Shown here: positions 36,501 to 49,146 of the stretch, piece after piece
How positions within the stretch are numbered: the stretch's first letter is position 1
How the letters are laid out: every line of letters begins with the position of its first letter
NCBI GenBank assembly: GCA_030704615.1
Contig: CM060733.1
Location: 51,584,001-51,648,000 of the forward strand
Origin: Takakia lepidozioides
Lineage: Eukaryota; Plantae; Bryophyta
Length of the DNA stretch: 64,000 nucleotides
Direction: 5' to 3'
Position numbers and translations under genes: made by a program
Notes under the pieces: generated by a model
What the model saw: only the letters and a program-made list of their open reading frames with translations
What the model was told of the DNA's origin: nothing
The model's database searches: none

Positions 36501-38924
36501 CCGAGTCATGTTCAATTGTCGGGGTTTTGCACACTTCTTGGCCATGTGCCCGGACTCCCCGCAATTAAAGCACAATCCATCGAAGGTCGCCTTCTGTCCG
36601 CCATAAGCCGCCGCACCTGATTTTCCTTTCGGAGCACTGGGTGCCGCCTTGACGTGTGAAGGCCCTCCCTTCGATTTCCATGTGCCATTGTCGTCGCGTG
36701 GCCTATCCCACTTCTTTTCCAGTCGGAAGGAGTCACCCTCCCGCCGGGTCTTCTTGTGGTTCAGTTCCGTACGGCCTTGTCTTTCGCCCCTAGGGACATC
36801 CGAGAAGCATTCAGCCCTCTCAATTGCCTAGTTCAAAGTTTTAGGTGGCTTCTTCTCCAACTTTCGTCTGGCCTATGGAGCCAATCCCACCACATAGTTG
36901 AAGACCATTTCTGGTTCTGCCATATCCGCGACTTTGAGCAACAACACATTGAAAGCCTGAACATATCCCTGAATGTCATCCGTTTGCTTCAAATTCCTCA
37001 TCTTGTCCCGGGCGAGCCAGGACGCGTTGATGGGCACAATCTGTCTTTTCATAAGTTCCTTGAACCCACTCCAGTTCAAGGTTTCTGGGTTCGGACCTTG
37101 GTCATGAAGGCGTTTCTGCCACCATTGTTGAGCATAACCCCTCAAATAGGTGGGAGCCACTTCCACCCGATCCTCGTTACTCAACTTGGCCGCCCGGAAG
37201 TACTGCTCCAGCTCCAAGAGCCAGTTATTGAGTGCCTTCCGATTTTGAACACCCTTGAAGGTGCCAGGTTCCTTAGGCTTCACCTGAAACTTTGCCTTAG
37301 AGGAAGTGGCATTAGCCGCCCTCAACACGTCTTTCAACGTCCCGCTAAACTGAGCCAACAACCCTTCCCAAAAGGCTGCTGGCATGGGAGGCATTTGTTG
37401 GTCTGTCGGAGCCTCCGGGAAGTCCTCGGGCTCCAACTCCCCAGATTCCTCTCGTTCTTGAGCGGCCTTGCTTTCAGAAGCATAAATCGCCTCCTCCAAT
37501 TGCCGCTTCGGTGACACGTCGCCCTCACCGGGCTCACCAGGATCATCATCTTTCGGGCCGTTCCACTTTCGCTTTGTCTTGCCCGACCCCATGATGAGGC
37601 CGATCTCAAGGACGATCGCGTACTGAACTCTAAGCTCTGATACCAAGTTTGTCTGCGGTTGTTTCACAAACAACCCAGTCATTTTATGGTGAATCACCAC
37701 AAAAACCCTCGATTCTTGGTGATGAGTCGCGGTGAGTCTTGGCCCACCCACCATGGCCCCATTGGACCGTGATGAGTCCCAAGACTCCCCACGACTCCCC
37801 CCACAAGGTCTCCGCCCCATGGTGAGTCCTATGCCACCCCCACTAAGAACCCACTAAGCTACCACCACTCCTCGTGGACCCACCCCCACCGCAACCCAGT
37901 ATGTGGGGCTCCACCTAGTGAGCGCCTCCGCCTCCTTGCGTGCCTTGGGCACTCAAGGGTGCTTCAGCCCCCGTTCCTATTGTTGCCACTGCCCCCACCA
38001 TAGGGGCAGCCCCTCTTGTGTCCTGACCCCCCGCCCTCAAGGCAAAGGGCCACGACACGGAGAGGCTCCGACCCAACGCCTACATGTCACATTATGGATT
38101 TTCATGCAGTCTCTCTTGCAGACACTGGAAATCCACAATTTTAGGAAGACACGTTGTCGTGATGCGATTCTCCGGCCGCGCGAACTGTCTCTCCGACCCC
38201 GCCGTGCGATGGTCCCTCCTACCTCTTCCTGTCTTCCGGGTTTCTACAACATCTACACTACCACGAGAGGTTGATGTCATTGATGTTACCAGCCCTAATA
38301 TTGGAAATGAGTGTCCTGATCTACCTCATCAAACATTAAATCAAGCTTAATATATTCCACCAAGCACAAATAGTGGTGTAGCAATGCCAGTTTTTCCTTT
38401 TCTGCCAGTCTAACCTTACAATATGCAACCAGGCTTGTTCATGAGTCTCCTTTTGCAACCTGATATTGTAAATTTCACTCCTCATAGGCGACCAGCTGAA
38501 AATCCACTGGGAGAGTCACAACCACCTGCGCCAAAGAAGAAGAGGAGAACATGCAGACAAAACAGTTGAAGAGAAGAAAAGTAGTGGTGCGTGGAAGGAT
38601 CATTGGGTAATCCATCTCATAACATTGTGCAGTGAAATTAATGCAGGACCAATTCTCGTCTCCTCCAAAACAAGATGATCCTGCAGGATTTATGTGCAAT
38701 TAGTAAGTGGTCATGTTTAGGTTGAAGAGACAATACGTAGGGGTTGCGTTGGTATGTTGTGTGTCGGTAGTTACGATTTGGTGGTTACAAATTTTGCAGT
38801 ATGCGTCGAGGCCTCAATACGAGTTTGCAAAGTGTCTCTTGAGAAGTGTCTGCCAAAATGTCTCTTTGAATATGTCTCTTCAACGTGTCTCTTGAGAAGT
38901 GTCTACTTCCGACAAGGTAGGAGC

Positions 38925-39662
38925 GTCATAGGCTGCTCCTTCTACTGAATCCGGCCTCTAAAGGCCTCTCTAAGATTTCCAAGACTACTTGTGTGTCAAT
39001 TGACAAATATAAGGGATGTATCCGTCTCAAAGTTTGTTGCTTTTTGGCTGTTCCTTCTACTAAATCCCGCTAAAGGCCTCCCTAGGCTTTCATTGCAACT
39101 TCCCTTACCCAATTTGAGGCACTTGGTCATATTCTACACCCCCACATTCCAAGACATATTACTTGTGTGTCAAACTGGCAAGTATGAGGGGTGTCTCAGT
39201 CTCCAAATTTGATATTATTTCTTGTTTTTTGGCTACTTCTTCTACTCAATCCACCTAAAGGTCTCTCTAAGCTTTCCAATGCAATTTGTGTTGCCCAATT
39301 TGAGCCACATGGTAACCCCCCCCCCCCCCCCCCCCCAAAGATTCCAAGACCTATTTGTGTCTCAAATTGGCAAGTGTGGGGGTGTCTCAGTCTCAAAAAT
39401 TGGTACTTTTGACTGCTTTTGGGCTGCTCTTTCTATTTAATCCATCTGAAGGCCTTTCGTAAGCTTTCCATTGCAACTTCCCTTGCCCAATTTGAGCCAC
39501 TTGGTCAATTTCTACATCCCCCACTTGTGTGCATATTGGCAAGTATATCTCAGTTTGAAAAAATTGATGTTTTTGAGAGCTTTTTGGCTGCTCCTTCTAC
39601 TGAACCCACCTAAGGACCTCTCTAAGCTTTCCATTGCAACTTCCCTTGCCCAATTTGAGCCA
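38925..39662 (+). repeat. Degenerate tandem repeat, ~5 units of 110-190 bp
   Basis: Recurring TTTTTGGCTGCTCCTTCTACTGAA...AAGCTTTCCATTGCAACTTCCCTTGCCCAATTTGAG. Confidence 0.75.
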
Positions 39663-39739
39663 AAGATAAGGTAGTTGCGATTTTGCTGCCGCTTGGCTTC
39701 TGCTATAGTGTGGTAGCTGATTCATTGCCGCTTGGTGAC

Positions 39740-42180
39740 ATGGGCCACATTTGGGCCAATGGCACAAGCTACCCTAGAGGTCGCATTTGAGCCTCGACAT
39801 AGGAGACACACTTGGATATATAAGGGATAGCACTTGGAGATATCAAGGGAAAGGTCTCCGCTTCAAATCTGGTCGTAGGCTCTGTGGAAAAAGATGATTG
39901 GGTATGGCTTGCTTCATATATTGATGCACTTGGACTTAGATGACACTGGACACTTGGGCCAACGGCACAGGATACCCTAGTCAATATATGAAGCGAGACG
40001 TTTGTTTGTTTGTTTGTTTGTTTGTTTTGTTTTGTTTTGTTTTGTAGCGTTGAGATGTCCCAAACCGCGGGGCCCCGCTGGTGCTTGGTCCCGTTGGAAA
40101 GCCCTCGACGAGGAGGGGTGCACCGGTTTGGTCTCATGACTTTTGGACCTACGGTATGGGAGATACGAAATTCCAAGTACTTTTGGTCGACGCTGGAAAT
40201 TCACAAAAAAATAGCAAAAATGGCAGAGTGGGCATTCCTAGGACAATGGTTGGAGCCTCGATGAGAGAGATATCAAGGGAAAGGTCTCCGGCTCAAATCT
40301 GGTTGTAGGCTCTGTGGAAAAAAACTTACTTAGATGACATTGGACACTTGGGCCAATGGCGAAGGCTACCCTAGAGGTTGCATTTGGAGCCTCGACAGGA
40401 TCCGGAGAGATATCAAGGGAAAGGTCTCCGGTTCAAATCTGATGTAGAAAAAAATGCATTTGGACTTAGATGACATAGGAGATTGCACTTGGGCTTAGAT
40501 GACATTGGACACTTGGGCCTCTACATGCATGGGAGATGCACTTGGAGATATGAATAGAAGATTGCACTCAGGCTTAGATGGGCCTCGACGAGAGAGATAT
40601 AAAGGGAATGGTCTCCGGTTCAAATCTGGTCGTAGGCTCTCTGGAGAAAAACTTACTTAGATGAAGCCGTGGAAAAAAAATGATTAGACTTGGATGACTT
40701 AGATGACATTGGACACTTGGGCCAACGGCACAAGCTACCCTGGAGGTCATACTTGGGCCTAGACATAGGAGACGCACTTGCACTACAACAGATCATGGTA
40801 TTTATGACTGTATATATGAATATTCTGCAGTCATAAACGGTACATATGACTTCTATGACTGTAAGTCGTGCAAACCAAGTCAATACAATGAGTACAGGAT
40901 GGTACGGTCCGGATGACTACAGTCATATGAACCAAGTGATATATCTCACTGCAGTCATATATACCATACTGCAGCCGCCGCTGCCGCGCACCGTGGTGAG
41001 GCGCAATTGATTTAAAATTTTAATTAAATTAAAAAAACTAAACAAATAAAAACATATGTCAAACGCCGCGTCACACCGCATTGTGCCACGTGGCATAATG
41101 CATTTTATAATAATGAATAAACCACGTGGCAGTCCATATAGGGTACCACGTGCTATCCCTAGCTCGCCTACTAATCCTAGGGCCATCTTATCCATTTGAT
41201 TGTACTTAGAGGAGTTTGAACCTGCAACCTCTTTACTATAAGAGTTATAGTTCACTACCTGTTAACCAATACACCCATTAGTCATTCATATGATCATATG
41301 GTGTTTTAATTGTATTATACACACCAAATTACAAAATCCCCAGTAGTCATCATGACTATGTAACCTCATCCATGTACACTGTAGTCATGGAAATGACTAT
41401 GAATGGTGAGCTAAATCTGGTCAATTGCCGTTGACCAGCCTTCTGCCCATTCCGGAGCCATATAGTCATACAGACGACTATTTAGATAGTCGTTCATATG
41501 ACTGCAGTCGTATGATCGACTGCGGGAGATCAATTTCATATAAAAACATGGTGCAGTCATGGTCAAAGTCATGAAAACCATGACAACCACGGTTTGGCAG
41601 TCATAACTACCGCGATCTGTTGTAGTGTTGAATGCATAGGAGATTGCACTTGGGCTTACATGACCCCTGGACACTTGGGCCAACGGCACAGGCCTCGACA
41701 TAAGAGACGCACTTGGATACTAGGGAATTGGAATTTCAAGTATTTTTGGTCGCTGGAAATTTGTGAAAAATAGCAAAGTGGGCTTTCTTGGAACAATGAT
41801 TGGATTACTACTCTTCACACATGGGCCCCAAACATAGGAGACACACTTGGATACATAGGGGATTGCACATGGACTTAGATGACACTGGCTTGGTCTCATG
41901 ATTTTTGGACCTACAGTGTAGGAGACATGGAATTTTTCAAGTACTAATTTGGGTCGCTGGAAATTCACGAAAAATTAAAAAAAAATAGCAAAATGGGCAT
42001 TCCTGGGACAATGGTTGGAGCCTCGACAATAGAGATATCAAGGGAAAGGTCTCTGGTTCAAATCTGGTCGTAGGCTCTGTGGAAAAAAAAAAATTGATTA
42101 GATATGGCTTGCTTCATATATTGATGCACTTGGACTTAGATGACATTGGACACTTGGGCCAACGACACAGGCTACCCTAG
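39740..42180 (+). mobile_element. Tandem non-autonomous Helitron-like elements (one ends at 39980; the next spans 39981-42180)
   Basis: 5' TC start (TCAATATATGAAG followed by (TTTG)n); repeated 3' end TTGGGCCAACGGCACAGGNTACCCTAG|T; no TSD. Confidence 0.55.
40781..41627. mobile_element. Non-autonomous CACTA (En/Spm) element
   Basis: Perfect 14-bp TIR CACTACAACAGATC; 3-bp TSD TTG; many subterminal ATGAC/GTCAT motifs. Confidence 0.93.
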
Positions 42181-42245
42181 TTGTTTTACTGATATGAAGT
42201 TTTATGGAATGATGTTATGGCTAACAAGGCATGACATACACTTAA

Positions 42246-43238
42246 CCCTTAAGTGACGAGAGCAGTTTTGGACCATTTTGACAAAAACTGGGCTCACCCT
42301 CACACTGGGCTGTATCTCCCTACCCACTCATCGAGAGGGACGAACCGTTGCAAATTGTTCCCACCTACCAAGATGCACAACCACCCCAAAAAATGGGCAA
42401 ATTTCACCATTGAATTTGAGATATTATAGCATATGAAGATGGTGCATTTTCTGCTGAATGCAAATAATGGTCCTCAAATTTACCTTTGACCAAGCCCATG
42501 GGCTATGTTACTCATATTTGGTGGGTGAATGAAAGCCGAATTCCATTGCTTGGATACATCCCAAAGCACCTGTCAAAATTTTAGGTGAAATTGACAAAAG
42601 GGGGGGTTTGAGTTGTATGTGGATGGGGACGGGCTCAAAATAGTTTGCAAATCAGATGTTGTAGGTCCCAAAATTGTTGGCCAAATTGGAATGCCAACAG
42701 TCAGTGTGAGCATGCCTACATTGAGAGTACACTGGCCAAAAATCAAACAAATTGGAGTAGAATATGGTGCTAAGATGGAGGATTTCCTCCTTTTCCCGGC
42801 CAACTTCAACTCAGGTATATGGTTGCCGGATTTGCCACTAAATCCGGCAATGCATTCCTCATGCACTCCCTCGTGTTGCAGGGCCGCATCATTCAAACCT
42901 CCATCATGAAAGGGTGAACATGCACCCGTGCCTCATCACCGCCCACATGGCCTCCTATACAAACCCCTGCAGGATTTTCCATAGGCCCTTGCCACGTCGC
43001 CAGTCAACCTGCGTGGGCCCCTACCAATCCACCCAAAAGTGCAGAGCCCCCATGCTGGCAAAAATCGCTGACGGCACAAACATAACTTTTTCTAGGCGCA
43101 ATCAAGTCGTGCGCATAGAGGACATCGCCGCCTACATTTTTCATTCAGGATGGCCCTTCATCCAAGTTCATCCAGTGAAGCTACGCCTGGATGAAAGCGT
43201 GATGCAGCGACGATTCGGGTCGCTTCGTCGTTTGGGGG
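42246..43238. mobile_element. Putative TTAA-specific (piggyBac-like) non-autonomous element
   Basis: TTAA|CCCTTAAGTGACGA ... TCGTCGTTTGGGGG|TTAA; the four TIR mismatches are all transitions. Confidence 0.45.
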
Positions 43239-43680
43239 TTAAGCCCTAATTTGTATCTAATAGCAGTGCATATACTGTGCACATATCAGTCTTTCACCTA
43301 TATACCAATACAACATTGATCTCTATTTTTAAAAGCAAAAAATAAAAATCATTTAAATAAAATAAAATAGTGAAATATGTATACTATTTATTATAGCATA
43401 TTACATATATATCTTCATATTATATTACGTCATCATTCATAACTTATCACCCGCCTTATTGGCAATGATGGAAAAAAAAATGGCATTGTGGGCGTGAGTA
43501 GAACACATAAAGAACATGAGGAACCTGTGATCACTTGGGATATAAACACATATTATCATTTGATCTATGAGTAGATGAATATACATAGACAATCAGCCAT
43601 GAATAGAACACATTGAAAACATAAGGAGCGTGTGGCCAGCTGGACCCACTCAAGGTATAAGGTACTTCATGCTGCATATA

Positions 43681-44420
43681 CCGTCCCTGGACAACCGTTT
43701 AGGCGATAATTAATTCAAAATGAAAGTGCCTAATCAATTTTGTGAATTTTTCCGATTTTGGCCTAATTGTTGGGAAATTATGGGACCGAAGTGCCTAATG
43801 CCCAAAAATTCCACCAAAAAACTTGCAAGCCTCTTCTCATGTTGTTTGTAATAAAATCAAAATTTCTTTGAACAAAAATTAAATACAAATATATGCGTGC
43901 GGAAATAACTAGCCTACTAGCCTACCACAACTCAAGAGTACCATTATGTAAGAGGTTTCCCCATGCACCAGCATACCAATATGAAAACTAGTGTACCCAA
44001 CGACCACTGTATCAAAGCCAGCAGCCCTACCCAATGACCAATTTACCCAAGCCCTGTACCAATGTGCTTACACTAGTGTGGACTATCAATATTGAACTCA
44101 CCTAAAGTGTGAGAGCAAAGGGATAGCTTGCCTATACCAGCTTGAGCCTTGGAGCACTGCATACAACAAAGAGGGGCATTTTTAGGGTTTCAAAGCAAAT
44201 GAAAGGTAGCTTGACCTGGAAGGGCCCGTGGGCATTGGGTGTCTATTTTGTAATTTTATTCTTAAGAAAATAAATGTTTTCTCTTCTCATGTGCTAATTC
44301 TAAAAAATTATAGCATGAAAATGCCTAATTTGAGAAATTGTTTTCAAAGCATGCCTAATTTTCTGATTGATTGACTTTATTATTAGGCGCAAAAATGCCT
44401 AAAGGGTTGTCCAAGGACGG
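43681..44420. mobile_element. MITE with 24-bp TIRs and TA flanks (Tc1/mariner-pogo-like)
   Basis: TA|CCGTCCCTGGACAACCGTTTAGGC ... GCCTAAAGGGTTGTCCAAGGACGG|TA; internal GCCTAA motifs. Confidence 0.75.
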
Positions 44421-44629
44421 TAGCATGCATACTAATGTAGTCATTGCTCAAGGCCAACAAAAAAATGAAAAAATGAGTGTAACATGTGCCTAACTAGGAA
44501 CTAGAAACTTTCATGTTCCCATTAAGTCTCATGGGAACAACCCATGATATACTGTTAATGGCACTTTGGCCGACTTGATGCGTAGTCCCTTCCCTATCGG
44601 GCAAGGCCAACAAAACAAACGTCTCCAAT

Positions 44630-46674
44630 GTTGGAAACTGGACTAGAGTACCAGATACTGGAAACTGGGCTAGAGTATTGGGAACTGGAAACAAGAGTAG
44701 CTTGAACTGGTGTTGGCGAGACTGAAGAGTGTCCAGTCTCGCCTCCTATATATATTGGCTACTAAGAAGCTCCCCTAAGAAGTTTCTCCTATGGAGGTTT
44801 CTTGATGGAGAAGTTTCCAAGATTAAACAAAGGTTTCTTGATGGAGAAGCTTCCTTAAGCAAATGAGGTATCTTGATAAAGAAATTTCCTCCAAATGAAG
44901 CTTCATGAGCAGTTTCCAAAATGACTCTTGGTAATTTGGTAAACCCCCGGTAACTTGGTAAGTAATGGTAACTCATGTTAGATCATGGTAAATCACGGTA
45001 AATCATGATAAATCATCGTAACTTCTGGTGGCATGGTAACTTGGTAACTTGGTAACCTTTGGTATTTTACTCCTGATAAGTTCATCTAGGCTATATCCGT
45101 AACATCACCCCCTCCTCTAGCGCCGAGTTCCTCGAGGAGCGGTAAAATCTTGGACTTGCTTAGAGTTGGAGAAAATCCAAAATCCGGCGAATGGTATTTG
45201 TCAAGTATTCGGCTCTTCGTTCTTGACTCAAATGATTTATAGGTCCTTGCAACCATCGATAGTGTCCAACACCTTGAACTTGGGACCACGCAGTGATATG
45301 AACATTCTGATTTTTTAAACTGCCTTCAAACATGATTTTGTTGTCTTCTAGGTCCGAAGCCTCAACCTCCAACAGAATTATCAGACTTCGAGTAGGCTCC
45401 ACTTGCCGTCGTACGGGGTCCAGACGAGGAAGTACGCGTCGCATTGGTGGCCCATCGTCTCGAAAACGTCGGCGTGATATTGAAGGTCGTGAGAGTCGGA
45501 ACGACTGATCTGGTAGTTGGGTAAGCGACAGCTCCAATGTATCTGGTTCTTGTGACTTCATGTTGTCAATACAAGATGCAAGAGTGCTAGAAGTATAGCT
45601 ATATATACTGATGTGTGGTGCTCCTCTCTCCTTAGCGTATATCAAGTACATTGAATGTGGAGTCTTCGCCTTGAAGCTAACTTGGCTGACATCATTGTTG
45701 TGACGTCTTATTGATGTAGCTCGGGGCTTAGCTGGATATCGTTGATGAAACTCTTGGACTTTGTCAGGTGTATTGGCGAGGTTGGATGAAGGTTCTCACG
45801 TTCGTTCGCTGATGTCGTAGCCTTTCCAATGTAAGAAATACTCAAGACGTTTATACTTGATGCGAGAGTCTAGTACTTCGTCGACTTCATACTCAATTTC
45901 CTAATTGATTTCGATTGGTGGAGGTGGTACGGAAACTCTCCCTGAAATATTCGATGGATGATACAACTGCAATAATGAAACATGAAAGACTGGATGGATG
46001 CGCATACTTCGTGGGAGTTCAAGCCGAAAACTCACCGGATTTATTTGTCGAATAATTTTGAATGGTCTCAGGCATTGATAATCCAACTTCCTTGATGGTC
46101 GCGAGATTTGTATGTCCCGTCGAAGAAGCCACACACGATCTCCGACCTTGAATTAGGGTTGGAGTTGACGACGTTGATCTGCATACTCATTGTATTGGTT
46201 TTGAGCTTCTGTGAGGTGGAATGTAAGCTCATTGTGAATCGTAGCAAGATGAGTAGTAAGGTTTTCTGCAACAAGGCTTCCAACAGTCTTCATATGGAAA
46301 GAGTTTGCTCGAGGATGATGACCATAATTGGAGAAAAATGGAGTTTGTTTGGTCGAAGAATGTATAGTGTGGTTGTAGGCAAACTCAGCCAATGATGGAA
46401 GGTCCGTCCAATTAATCTTGGTGATAATTTATCGTACAGCGAAGATACTGCTCCAAAATCTGGTTTATACATTCGGTTTGACTATCAGTCTGTGGATGAT
46501 TAGCTGTAGAGAGGTTGATCTTAGTATCCAATATGTGAAATAATCCCCTCCAGAAATTTGATATGAACTGTGGTCTTCGATCAGATACGTGTCATTCGGG
46601 AGTCCATGAATGCGGTAGATATTATTGAGGAAGAGTCTTGCAGTTTCCTCGCCGGTAACCATCTTATTATATGG
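44630..46674 (-). mobile_element. Family B 3' fragment: partial 3' LTR (to 45104), PPT, extra ORF (45160-45561), chromodomain, integrase
   Basis: Collinear with ~20800-22670; retains the chromodomain start EYEVDEVLDSR. Confidence 0.9.
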
Positions 46675-48239
46675 TGTCACGGACATAGCCCAGAGAAACT
46701 TACCAGGAGTAAATACCAGAAGTTACCAAGTTACCATGTTATCGGAAATTTCCGTGATTTACCACGATTTACTATTAATTACCAAGTTATACTTCAGCTC
46801 TAAATGCAAGAATTTCGTACCTCTACCGCCCAATTGCAAGCTAATCAGTCTCAAGATCTTGGCAACGCTCTCCACAATTTGCAACAACAAATTTCAGAGT
46901 TAAAGGAGTCGAACAGTGGATTTTCAACCATACGAGTCCCTACTGCAACATCTCCTACTGCAACGGTTCCTCTTCAACAGATTACGAGAGAACCAAATAT
47001 CAGCATGCCAGAGAAATTTGATGGGACGAGATCAAAATTTTGCGGTTTTGTTCAACAAGTATGACTGTTCCTACGACTACATCCACACCGCTACCCCGAT
47101 GAAGGTATTCCAGTGGGATTCGTGGGCACCCTTCTATCAGGCACTGTCCTATCTTGGTTTGCATCGCTATTAGAAAAAAATTCACATTTACTATATAATT
47201 TTGAAGCATTCATGTCCGAGTTCACTTCAACGTTTGGAGAGAATGATAGAGTGAGAGTTGCAGAGACAAAGATGCGAACTCTTCGAGCTTCCGTTTATGT
47301 TGCCGAATTTCGACAACTTGCGTACAACCTCAACTAGAATGAGAAGAACCTCATTAGTCAGTTTCGATGTGGGCTAAAAGAGGATGTAAAAGATTTGTTG
47401 TTGACAATGCCAAACGTGAGCACACTGAGTGAATTCATCATCCAAGTCATTGTATGCGATAATCGTTTGTTCGAAAGACGTCAAGAGAAGCAATCTAGAT
47501 GGTTGACGACGCATCATGCCGCTGCTAGTACGGCACCAAACACAACGATCCATTAGACATCCGATAGTGATCCTATACAGATTGATGCTATCCGATTCAA
47601 GCCATTGACGCCACAAGAAATACGCTCGAATGGATTATGCCTTTATTGCGGAAAAAGATCACATAGCATTAAACTGCCCCAACAAGAGAAGATTCAAAGC
47701 TCGGGGCGCAACTCAAGTGTTCGATACGAGGAGGTCGGAAAACGAAGATGTCCAGTCACAGTAAGGACTATGTGGCTGGACACCACAAATTCCTCACCGA
47801 AAAAATGTCTCTTTCTACCTCCAGACCCTGTATCTTGCTTCACAGTTCTGGTAAAAATCAGAGTGCAAAATCGAGATATCTCTATAGAAATATTTTTGGA
47901 CTCAGGGAGCAAACAACACAATTTAACACTCGTAAAGAAAAAACTCTCGGCCCCCGTTGAAGTCATCGATGGACGACCGTTAGCATCAAGAAATGTGGAC
48001 CATAAAACTCGACCACTAGACGAGCGAAGATTTTCACCAAAATTGACTTGAGAGGAGTTTATAACCTTGTACGGATAAAAGAAGGAGACGAATGGAAAAT
48101 AGCTTTTCGAACAAGGTATTGACATTTTGAATACAGTGTTATGTCTTTCGGTCTTACAAATGCTCCAGCAATTTTCCAACACATGATGAATGACATCTTT
48201 CGAGAATTTTTAAATGACTTTGTAGTCATATATTTGGAC
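46675..48239 (+). mobile_element. Internally deleted family B copy (LTR start, gag, protease, RT pieces), opposite to the adjacent copy
   Basis: TGTCACGGACATAGCC LTR start fused to gag at ~46793; RT piece ends at YLD near 48239. Confidence 0.88.
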
Positions 48240-48450
48240 CCTAGTTATCATTCCTGACATGACGTGGCGCTGACACGTCGGCCGTCACATCCGACGTGCG
48301 TCACGTCACATCGCATCCGGACGTTTATCCATGTAATTTTTTTTACATTTGACTTTTACGATTTACTTCTACCATTTGTAATGACATGGCAGCCACGGTG
48401 TAAAACAGACGTGGCCAATCATTCATATTTATTAATTCTTTAAAAGAAAT

Positions 48451-49146
48451 ATGTCCGCCTATATTGGCGGTCGTGTATAATTTATTATTTAAAAAATAAA
48501 AGCGACCGCCCATATTGGCGGTCACTTGTAGTTTAATATTTTATTAAATTAAGCGACCGCCAGTATTGGCGGTCGCCGGTAATTTATTTATTTATAAATG
48601 AAGCGACCGCCCATATTGGCGGTCGCTTGTATTTTATTACATTTTAAAATAAGCGACCGCCTACATTGGTTGTCGGTTGAAGTTTATTATGTTTTAAATG
48701 AAGCGACCGCCCAGATTGGCGGTCGCTCGCACTTTATTATATTACATTATTATATCTTTGATATATTCTGTAAAAATACAGCGACCGCCATGTGACGGTC
48801 GCTATATATATATTTTAAATTTAACGACCGCCATTTAGCAGCGGTCGCTTATTTTTATTTGTATTCTTAAATAAAGCGACCGCCGTTTGGCGGTCGAGTC
48901 TTCAGTTAATTTTTGAAAAATGCAGCGATCGCCATTTGGCGGCCGTCACTATTTTTGTTAATAAAGAATACAGCGACCGCCATTTGGAAGCGGTCGCTCG
49001 ATTTGATTTTGATTCTTAACTTATGCGACCGCCGTTTGGCGGTCGCTTAGTTAATATATTTTTTTAAATGAAGCAACCGCCATTTAGCGGCGGTCGCTTA
49101 TTTAATATATATATTTTAAAAGCAGCGACTGTCATGCGGCGGTCGC
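48451..49146. repeat. Array of ~14 palindromes GCGACCGCC-N4-8-GGCGGTCGC with AT-rich spacers (probable CACTA subterminal repeats)
   Basis: Units at about 48451, 48501, 48551, 48601, 48651, 48701, 48780, 48822, 48873, 48923, 48972, 49024, 49071 and 49123. Confidence 0.85.

Larger units (their letters stand above)
17791..38057 (-). mobile_element. Degenerate Ty3/gypsy chromovirus, family A (outermost layer of the nest). Own sequence is 17791-20069 plus 34709-38057; 3' LTR missing
   Basis: Short 5' LTR ~37650-38057, PBS-Met (revcomp at 37634-37645), gag/PR/RT/RH fragments 34709-37590, integrase and chromodomain 18420-19830; collinear with 25494-32443. Confidence 0.88.

Noticed and set aside
38420-38700. 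Exon-like host gene fragment on the - strand
   Set aside because: Splice-like signals are present but there is an in-frame stop and no recognisable product.
48451-49146. CRISPR array
   Set aside because: Eukaryotic context, no cas genes, variable repeat loops and low-complexity AT spacers. It is better explained as transposon subterminal repeats.
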